Below are positions 1 to 6,152 of a DNA stretch of 25,309 bases, piece by piece (within the stretch, counting starts at the first letter, position 1; each line of letters starts with the position of its first letter). The translations under genes were made by a program, and so were the position numbers. Under the pieces are notes generated by a model. That model was not told the origin of the DNA. It did not search any database and was given only the letters and a program-made list of their open reading frames with translations. Origin of the DNA: a candidate division WOR-3 bacterium (lineage in GTDB: Bacteria; Hydrothermota; Hydrothermia; B15-G9; DRBW01); contig DRBW01000204.1 in NCBI GenBank assembly GCA_011042705.1, positions 1-25,309 of the forward strand, written 5' to 3'.

Positions 1-120
1 GGCTTTCCCAAAACCGGGTCTTTATTGGATATACGCACAGGGCTGTACTGTGCGGAAGGAGCCCTCCCTTTTCAACCTCCACACCTCCTTCGTCGTCGAC
101 GAAAAGGGCCGGGCAAAACC

Positions 121-149
121 TTGACAGGGGGAATTGCCCGTGCGATCAT
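121..149 (+). promoter_or_regulatory. Sigma70-type promoter of the ERCC4 gene
   Basis: TTGACA (121-126), 17-nt spacer, extended TGn (141-143), GATCAT (144-149). ATG follows 6 nt later with no Shine-Dalgarno (SD). Confidence 0.7.
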
Positions 150-155
150 AGAGAC

Positions 156-800
156 ATGGCCAGGATTCTGGCTGATATAAGGGAGAGTAAGTCGGGCGTA
201 CCGGACCTGATATTGAAGGAGGGTGTCAGCGTCATTTACGGGACGCTGCCAATAGGGGATTATGTCCTCTCGGAAAGGGTGCTGGTCGAGAGGAAAAGCC
301 TCTACGATTTCGCGAGCTCCATAAAGAACAAGAGGGTGTTCAGGCAGCTGGCCGACCTCAGGGACAGCTGCGAGATGCCTATCCTTATACTGGAGGGAGG
401 CTCCCTGTCGAAGGTGAGGGGCGTCAAGAAAAAGGGTCTCCTCGGCGCCCTCGCCCTCATCACCGTTTACTACAGGATACCGGTGATCTTCACCGCCGAC
501 AGGTCCGAGACGGCGCAATTTCTTGCCATCCTTGCCCGAAGGGAATCCATGGAACTTGGAGAAGTGATGTCGGTCTTCAACAAGAAAAAGGCGCGCACAA
601 AGGAGGAGAAGCTTCTCAGGGTTGTGGAATCATTGCCCGATGTGGGGCCCAAGAGGGCGAGGGAGCTCCTCCGCAAATTCGGGAGCCTGAGGAACCTCTT
701 CAATGCATCTTACGAGGAGCTTTTGTCCGTGCCGGGTTTCGGGGAGGGCAGGGCCCTGAAACTCCTGAAGTTTTTCAGGGAAGAGACAGAGGAAATTTGA
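156..800 (+). CDS. ERCC4/XPF-family structure-specific endonuclease with C-terminal (HhH)2 domain, short archaeal-type architecture
   Basis: D7-x-R-E, G34DY-x8-E45RK-x3-D51 nuclease motif and ILILEG strand, followed by two HhH motifs (LPDVGPKRA, VPGFGEGRA). No helicase domain. Confidence 0.9.
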   Translation: MARILADIRESKSGVPDLILKEGVSVIYGTLPIGDYVLSERVLVERKSLYDFASSIKNKRVFRQLADLRDSCEMPILILEGGSLSKVRGVKKKGLLGALALITVYYRIPVIFTADRSETAQFLAILARRESMELGEVMSVFNKKKARTKEEKLLRVVESLPDVGPKRARELLRKFGSLRNLFNASYEELLSVPGFGEGRALKLLKFFREETEEI

Positions 801-835
801 GGCGACGCAGAACTTTCTCTGTTTTGAGACAGAAC

Positions 836-864
836 TTGAAAAGTGAGGGGAAAGCGGTTATAAT
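836..864 (+). promoter_or_regulatory. Sigma70 promoter of the tRNA-Ala/tRNA-Leu unit
   Basis: TTGAAA (836-841), 17 nt, TATAAT (859-864), 16 nt before the tRNA 5' end. Confidence 0.85.
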
Positions 865-880
865 CATCACCGTCACAAGT

Positions 881-953
881 GGGGCCGTAGCTCAGCTGGG
901 AGAGCATCAGGCTGGCAGTCTGAGGGTCGTGGGTTCGAATCCCACCGGCTCCA
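881..953 (+). tRNA. tRNA-Ala(GGC)
   Basis: Acceptor GGGGCCG/CGGCTCC with G3:U70; anticodon arm TCAGG-CTGGCAG-TCTGA; T-loop GTTCGAATC; discriminator A; no encoded CCA. Confidence 0.97.
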
Positions 954-962
954 CTTTTTGTT

Positions 963-1047
963 GCGAGGGTGGCGGAATTGGCATACGCGCTGGATTTAGG
1001 ATCCAGTCCGCCGAAAGCGGGTGCGGGTTCAAGTCCCGCCCCTCGCA
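963..1047 (+). tRNA. tRNA-Leu(TAG)
   Basis: Acceptor GCGAGGG/CCCTCGC; anticodon arm CTGGA-TTTAGGA-TCCAG; long variable arm; GGTTCAAGTCC T-arm; no encoded CCA. Confidence 0.97.
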
Positions 1048-1059
1048 TATAGCTTGAAA

Positions 1060-1884
1060 GTGATTGCTGCTTTACTCGGTCTCCTCATCTTCAGTTCTCA
1101 GCCTGTACAGGGTCCGCGGGTGGTATCCCTTTCTCCTGCCGTCACCGAGATCATCTATGCCATCGGCAGGGGAGATCTGCTCGTCGGAAATACGATATAC
1201 TGCGATTATCCCGAGGAGGCGAAGAGAGTTCGGAAGGTGGGAGACCTGATCTCACCCAAAATAGAACTCATAAAATCGCTCGAACCCGACCTCGTCTTTC
1301 TGACACTTCCCCTTCAGAGGCACGTCAGGGAGGAGCTCTCCGCCCTGGGCATCGAGACCGTCGACGTATCGCCGGAGTCGATCTCGGGCATCTACGAGGC
1401 AATAAAGAAGGTGGGACGGCTTCTCGGAGCTGAGGCGAGAGCTGAGTCACTCGTGGCGGAGCTGAAATCTGCCGTCGACTCCCTGAGTAGCACGAGATCA
1501 AAGTGGCGTCCCAGGTGCTATCTGGAGCTATCACCCGATCCCCCCTATACGGCGGGAGGGTCTTCCTTTGTCAACGAGCTTCTGGAGGTCGCCGGCGGAG
1601 TCAACATTTTTTCCGATGTTAAGAAGAGCTATTTCGTGGTGTCGATGGAATCAGTTGTCAAGAGGAATCCCGAGGTGATAATCCTCATATATGAAGGAGC
1701 TTCCAGGGATGCCGTGATCGGCAGGCTCGGCTTTGAGAAGGTCGAGGCGGTGAAGAGGGGGTGGATCATAACTGGTCTGGATCCTGATGTGATCACGAGG
1801 CCCGGTCCCCGCTTTGTGGAGGGCATACGGGCTTTGAGAGAGGCTATCGAGAGCCTGGGAAGTAATCGAAGATCTCAGCCCTGA
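1060..1884 (+). CDS. BtuF-like cobalamin/iron-siderophore ABC transporter periplasmic binding protein
   Basis: Signal peptide followed by RVVSLSPAVTEIIYAIG, VGNTIYCDYP, ELIKSLEPDLV, VVKRNPEVII and ITRPGPRFVEG. The ORF-track start (1021) lies inside tRNA-Leu, so GTG 1060 (or TTG 1054) is taken as the start. Confidence 0.85.
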   Translation: MIAALLGLLIFSSQPVQGPRVVSLSPAVTEIIYAIGRGDLLVGNTIYCDYPEEAKRVRKVGDLISPKIELIKSLEPDLVFLTLPLQRHVREELSALGIETVDVSPESISGIYEAIKKVGRLLGAEARAESLVAELKSAVDSLSSTRSKWRPRCYLELSPDPPYTAGGSSFVNELLEVAGGVNIFSDVKKSYFVVSMESVVKRNPEVIILIYEGASRDAVIGRLGFEKVEAVKRGWIITGLDPDVITRPGPRFVEGIRALREAIESLGSNRRSQP

Positions 1885-2542
1885 GGGAACCTATAAAGAG
1901 CTTCGTGCTTATCCTGAGCGGAACGCCGCCGAGGTCAGGGCAGATCCAGAGCTCCATACCCCTCCTGGATTTGAAGACATTGACCCCCTTGAAATCCGGA
2001 ACCACTTTTAAAGCCCTGAATTTTCCAAGGAAGGTCTTGAAACTCCTGTATTTTTCAGCCGTTATCACCAGTGTCATGCTCCTCCTGTCCACGTGATAGG
2101 GCACCCTGAGGGTCTCCCCGGATTCGATCCTTTTGAGCCTCACGAAATAGAAGACAGCAAGGGGATCGAGCGCACCGCGCGGGATTTCAACGGTGTCCCC
2201 CTCGGGGTAAAGGGCCTTTCCCGAATCGGGCACGTAATCGACGACCCTGTCAGCCCTGTATTTTCCTTCCCTGAGATGCTTTTCATATCGAAGTGTGGCG
2301 AAGGATTCAACGTCCACGTAGGAATGGATCTCATCGGCCACCTTAAAAAAGGTCGAGAAGGGCTCTCTTGTCTCCGCCCTGAGGAGAAAGTGGTAGGCGA
2401 GTCGTCCCCTTATCCTCACGGTGTCAACTACCGAAAGCTCTAACGTGCCGGCTTTGAAGGGCCCGTACTTGACATGATAGAGGGCTCTTTCTCCTATTCG
2501 AAAGGGCAGAAGCAGAAAGAGGGCGAGAAGAGGCTCAAGCAT
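1844..2542 (-). CDS. DUF3108-family exported/outer-membrane-associated beta protein
   Basis: Signal-like N-terminus, GERALYHVKYGPFKAG, FFKVADEIHSY, LDPLAVFYFVR, and MELWI..D..GVPLRI..KLFIGSLRA tail typical of this family. Confidence 0.75.
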   Translation of the reverse strand: MLEPLLALFLLLPFRIGERALYHVKYGPFKAGTLELSVVDTVRIRGRLAYHFLLRAETREPFSTFFKVADEIHSYVDVESFATLRYEKHLREGKYRADRVVDYVPDSGKALYPEGDTVEIPRGALDPLAVFYFVRLKRIESGETLRVPYHVDRRSMTLVITAEKYRSFKTFLGKFRALKVVPDFKGVNVFKSRRGMELWICPDLGGVPLRISTKLFIGSLRAEIFDYFPGSR

Positions 2543-3593
2543 TAAGGAGTTCCATGGAGGCTTTATAGACCATGTCCACGGGGAGGTCTTTGAGGCAGGC
2601 GAAGTCGAGGCCGGCTGGACAGGTCATTGGCTTGGGGGAATAGTGAAAACAGGGACTACAGGGGAGGTTCAGCCGCACGATCCTTTTCTGCTCTGTCCAG
2701 GGGCCCACCCATGTGGGATTTGTTGGCCCGAAAATGGCCACGACGGGAACCTGTAATGCGGCCGCCAGGTGCATGAGGCCCGAATCGTTGGTCACGAAAA
2801 GGGAACATCGGGACATTATGGCGGCGGCTTCCCTCAGGGTCTCCGTCTTGACCGATATCGCTCCCTCTCCGACCTTTTCGGCGATGTAATCCTTTACCTC
2901 CTCGTCCTCGGGCCCTCCGAAGAGAAGTATCCTTGAGCCCGGGATGTCGGAGAGAAATCTCCTCGCCAGCTCGACGAATTTGTCCCTCGGCCACCTCTTT
3001 TTCACGTGGTTTTTGAAAACGCTGGAGCCTGGGTGGAAGCCTATAAGGACGTGATTCTCGAGGCCCTTTTCCCTCAGAAAGCTCTCCCTGAAATGTACCT
3101 CGTCCTCGGCGACGAAGTACTGCAGGGGGTAACGGTGAATCTTCTTCTCGGGAATTCCGAGGAGGGTTAAAAGCCGCAGGTTCTCCTCTACGGCGTGAAG
3201 CTCCGGGTCCTCCTTTATGGTGATGTTCTTGAGGAAATTGAGCTCTCTTTTGTCGCATTTGAGGTATCTATGGCCGATCCTTTTGGGAGCTCCGAGAAGG
3301 AAGGCGAGGATGTTGTATTCCGATCGGTTAGATGGAAAAAAATTTATGGTGATGTCGAACTTGCCCCTCATGCTCAACACGTATTTCAGCGACTCTACCT
3401 TCCCCTGTTTCAGGAAGGGGAAGTAGATCAGATGGTCAACGTCCGGGTTGCCCAGCAGAGCCTGATAGGTGCTCCTGAACATCGTCAGGTAGGTTATCTC
3501 CCAATCGGGACGGTTTTCCTTGAGGACCCTGAGCGCCGGAGTGGTCATCAGCACATCTCCTATGCCGTATAGCGGAATTATTCCAATTTTCAT
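2535..3593 (-). CDS. GT9-family glycosyltransferase (LPS heptosyltransferase WaaF/WaaQ-like)
   Basis: GIGDVLMTTP, IGFHPGS..KKRWP, LFGGPED, FVTNDSGLMHLAAALQVPVVAIFGPT..W.GP. Confidence 0.92.
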   Translation of the reverse strand: MKIGIIPLYGIGDVLMTTPALRVLKENRPDWEITYLTMFRSTYQALLGNPDVDHLIYFPFLKQGKVESLKYVLSMRGKFDITINFFPSNRSEYNILAFLLGAPKRIGHRYLKCDKRELNFLKNITIKEDPELHAVEENLRLLTLLGIPEKKIHRYPLQYFVAEDEVHFRESFLREKGLENHVLIGFHPGSSVFKNHVKKRWPRDKFVELARRFLSDIPGSRILLFGGPEDEEVKDYIAEKVGEGAISVKTETLREAAAIMSRCSLFVTNDSGLMHLAAALQVPVVAIFGPTNPTWVGPWTEQKRIVRLNLPCSPCFHYSPKPMTCPAGLDFACLKDLPVDMVYKASMELLNA

Positions 3594-4804
3594 CGGTTTT
3601 CTGAGGGAACTAACTTAAGGAACCTCCTCTTGCCGACCTTAAGGATCTTCTCGCCGTCGGCCCTGAGGATTGCCTTCTCATCGGTGATGGGAGTCCCATC
3701 GAGTTTCACTCCCCCCTGCCTTACGAGTCTCCTTGCCTCGCTTTTGGAGGAGGTAAGTCCTGCTTCGAAGATTATGGAAATTATGTCCTTGCCCTCCGGC
3801 GGGATTTCGAAGATGGGAACATCCTCGGGTATCCCCCTCTCCCTGAAGATCCTGTCGAATTCCCTCTGAGATCTCTCTGCCTCTTCCCTGTTATAGAGCG
3901 TCTCGACGATCTCGAAGGCGAGTCGAGCCTTTGTGTTTCTGGGATCGGTCTTCATGAGGGCTTTGATCTCCTCTAACCTCTCCCCCTCGTATCCGAGGAC
4001 GAGCTCGAAGTATTTGGGGACGAGCTCGTCGGGTATTGACATGACTTTCCCGTAAATCTCTCCGGGAGGCTCGGTGAGGCCGATGTAGTTGTCATAAGAT
4101 TTAGACATCTTGAGTTTTCCATCGGTGCCCTCAAGGAGAGGCAGGGTGAGGATTACCTGTGGTTCCTGGCCGAAAGCCTTCTGGATCTCCCTGGCGATGA
4201 GGAAATTAAATTTCTGGTCCGTTCCCCCGACCTCGATATCGGAGGCTATCACATAGGAGTCGTAGCCCTGGAACAGGGGGTAGAGGAATTCGTGGATCGA
4301 TATCGGGATCTCCTGCCTGAAACGCTTCTCGAAGTCATCCCTCTCGAGCATCCTGGCGACGGTATAGGTGGAGGCGAGCTTGATCACGTCGCGGGCCGTC
4401 AGTTTCTCGTGCCACTCCGAGTTGTACCTGACTTCCGTCTTCTCCCTGTCGAGGACACGGAAGACCTGTTCGAAGTAAGTCCTGGAGTTTTCCTTCACCT
4501 CCTTCCTGGAGAGCTGGGGCCTCGTCTTCGAGCGCCCCGAGGGATCGCCTATCATCGCAGTGAAATCGCCCACGATGAAGATTATGTGATGCCCGAGATC
4601 CTGGAGCTCTTTGAGCTTTCTGAGGCATACGTAATGGCCGAGGTGGAGATCAGGCCGGGAGGGGTCTGCGCCGTATTTTATCCTGAGGGGTTCCCCCTTT
4701 GCCCTTTTCCTCTTGAGTTTCTCCATGAGCTCTTCTTCGGGAATGAGCTCGGCGACGCCCCTCTTGATGATTTTGAGCTCTTCTTCGATGGATAGATCTC
4801 TCAT
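3590..4804 (-). CDS. tyrS: Tyrosine--tRNA ligase
   Basis: GADPSRPDLHLGH (HIGH), YPLFQGYDS, GGTDQKFN, KMSKS, and C-terminal S4 domain (SKSEARRLVRQGGVKLDG...VGKRRF). Confidence 0.98.
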   Translation of the reverse strand: MRDLSIEEELKIIKRGVAELIPEEELMEKLKRKRAKGEPLRIKYGADPSRPDLHLGHYVCLRKLKELQDLGHHIIFIVGDFTAMIGDPSGRSKTRPQLSRKEVKENSRTYFEQVFRVLDREKTEVRYNSEWHEKLTARDVIKLASTYTVARMLERDDFEKRFRQEIPISIHEFLYPLFQGYDSYVIASDIEVGGTDQKFNFLIAREIQKAFGQEPQVILTLPLLEGTDGKLKMSKSYDNYIGLTEPPGEIYGKVMSIPDELVPKYFELVLGYEGERLEEIKALMKTDPRNTKARLAFEIVETLYNREEAERSQREFDRIFRERGIPEDVPIFEIPPEGKDIISIIFEAGLTSSKSEARRLVRQGGVKLDGTPITDEKAILRADGEKILKVGKRRFLKLVPSENR

Positions 4805-5139
4805 ACCCAGTAGATGAATACGCCGCAGTTGGGACAGGTAGAGAGCTTTTCGTTTCTATCGGCCTCGGAGGTCATGGCTATAGGGAGTAGGGAAAAACAA
4901 TTCATGCATACACCCCCGATAACCGGCGCGATGCCCCTTTTGTATTTTTTCTTGAGCTTCTCGTATTTCTTAAGTACGTCCTCGGGGATCTTCTTGATTA
5001 TCTCGGCTCTCGCCTTCTCCAATTTGAAGATCTGGTCCTCAACGTCGAAGCCGATCTCCCGATAGTCGGGGCTCTGGAGCTCCTGGATCATAACGTCCAG
5101 GTCGTTCAGGGCGATAAGGGCTTCGAGAACAGGATGCAT
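4801..5139 (-). CDS. Short coiled-coil plus C4 zinc-ribbon protein (DUF164/CT398-like)
   Basis: N-terminal LIALNDLDVMI helix; YEKLKKKY.RGIAPV.GGVCMNC...CPNCGVFIY C4 ribbon. Confidence 0.85.
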   Translation of the reverse strand: MHPVLEALIALNDLDVMIQELQSPDYREIGFDVEDQIFKLEKARAEIIKKIPEDVLKKYEKLKKKYKRGIAPVIGGVCMNCFSLLPIAMTSEADRNEKLSTCPNCGVFIYWV

Positions 5140-5140
5140 C

Positions 5141-5596
5141 TCATTCTTCCTCTTCCAGTTTCGCCAGGTACTTTATGAATTCATCGGGATCCTCTATTTC
5201 CATATAGTCCTCTCTTTTCGATAGCTTTCGGGCCACATGGGCTATTTTGCCGAGGGTGAGAAGGTAGGTCGTGCCCGGGTCCTGGGGAGGTGCGCAGAGC
5301 AGGAAAAAGAGGTGTACCGGCTTGCCGTCCAGCGCGTCGAAGTCGATGCCCTCTTTGGATCTGCCCACGACGAGGTAGACCTTATCCAGAACCAGGCTTC
5401 TCGTATGAGGTATCGCGATGCCCTTGCCTATCCCGGTGGATCCGATCGACTCCCGTTTTTTGAGCGCCTCGTAGACGAGCTTTTCCTTGTCCTCAGGGAG
5501 CTTGAGAGCGGCCAGGAGCTCCCTCAGCACGTCATCCTTGTTTTTGGATTTGAGATTGAGAATAACTCTGTCCTTATCGAGCAGCTTTTCCAGCAT
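5141..5596 (-). CDS. PTS EIIA component (Ntr/fructose-mannitol type, PtsN-like)
   Basis: KRESIGSTGIGKGIAIPH containing the phosphorylatable His; GIDFDALDGKPVHLFFLL. AGGAGG SD upstream. Confidence 0.93.
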   Translation of the reverse strand: MLEKLLDKDRVILNLKSKNKDDVLRELLAALKLPEDKEKLVYEALKKRESIGSTGIGKGIAIPHTRSLVLDKVYLVVGRSKEGIDFDALDGKPVHLFFLLCAPPQDPGTTYLLTLGKIAHVARKLSKREDYMEIEDPDEFIKYLAKLEEEE

Positions 5597-5619
5597 AGAT
5601 AAAACCTCCTATTGGGCAG

Positions 5620-5648
5620 ATTTTAAACTTCGACATAACAAGTGTCAA
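5620..5648 (-). promoter_or_regulatory. Sigma70 promoter of the PTS IIA-tyrS operon
   Basis: Minus strand TTGACA (5648-5643), 17 nt, TAAAAT (5625-5620), then AGGAGG (5610-5605) and ATG 5596. Confidence 0.8.
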
Positions 5649-5717
5649 CAAAGACGCAGATATAGGAATATGCGGAAAGCGCCATCCTGTCAAGTTGGTT
5701 AAGGGGCGCGATGCCCG

Positions 5718-5746
5718 TTGACGGGGATGGGGAAAAAGTGAATAAT
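5718..5746 (+). promoter_or_regulatory. Sigma70 promoter of gtrA-yfhO
   Basis: TTGACG (5718-5723), 17 nt, AATAAT (5741-5746). ATG 5754 lies 7 nt downstream. Confidence 0.7.
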
Positions 5747-5753
5747 TCTTAGG

Positions 5754-6152
5754 ATGCGACTATGGGGCTTTTTGGACATAAAGCGGTTTCTGAAGTTTTC
5801 TGTGGTCGGCGCTTCCGGCGTCGTCGTCAACCTGGGGCTCCTCTACATTTTCGTGAATTTTGCCGGTCTGGATAAATTTCTCTCGGGAGCCCTCGCCATA
5901 GAGCTATCCATCCTCAACAACTTCTTCTGGAACAACCTCTGGACCTGGAGGGAGAGGAGAGCAGAGAGCGTCTTCCTGAGGCTCCTCAAATACAACCTTG
6001 CTACGGCTTCGACCTCTGCCCTCGGCAACTACGCTATGTTTGCATTTCTGCTGAAGCTCGGGTTAAACTATTTAATTGCCGACGCGATTGGAATAGGCGT
6101 GGCAGTCATTATCAATTTCTTTCTCAGCGACCGGTGGGTCTTTAAAGGATGA
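5754..6152 (+). CDS. GtrA-family membrane protein (putative bactoprenol-linked sugar flippase)
   Basis: RFLKFSVVG..GVVVNL, NNFFWNNLWTW, INFFLSDRWVF; four hydrophobic segments. Confidence 0.9.
   Translation: MRLWGFLDIKRFLKFSVVGASGVVVNLGLLYIFVNFAGLDKFLSGALAIELSILNNFFWNNLWTWRERRAESVFLRLLKYNLATASTSALGNYAMFAFLLKLGLNYLIADAIGIGVAVIINFFLSDRWVFKG

Noticed and set aside
1-120. Possible minus-strand gene start (AAGGAGGT-like motif near 80-90)
   Set aside because: The frame opened by the best-spaced TTG stops after 17 codons; other frames run off the window with no recognisable motif.
72-518. 148-aa minus-strand ORF
   Set aside because: Shadow ORF antisense to the well-supported ERCC4 gene.
710-1057. 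ORFs 710-1048 (-) and 797-1057 (+), and the 1021 start of the BtuF ORF
   Set aside because: They are translations of the tRNA-Ala and tRNA-Leu genes.
5665-5693. Second minus-strand TTGACA (5693-5688) as an upstream promoter for PTS IIA
   Set aside because: The -10 at 17 nt is TATTCC, lacking the conserved last T; the downstream promoter fits better.
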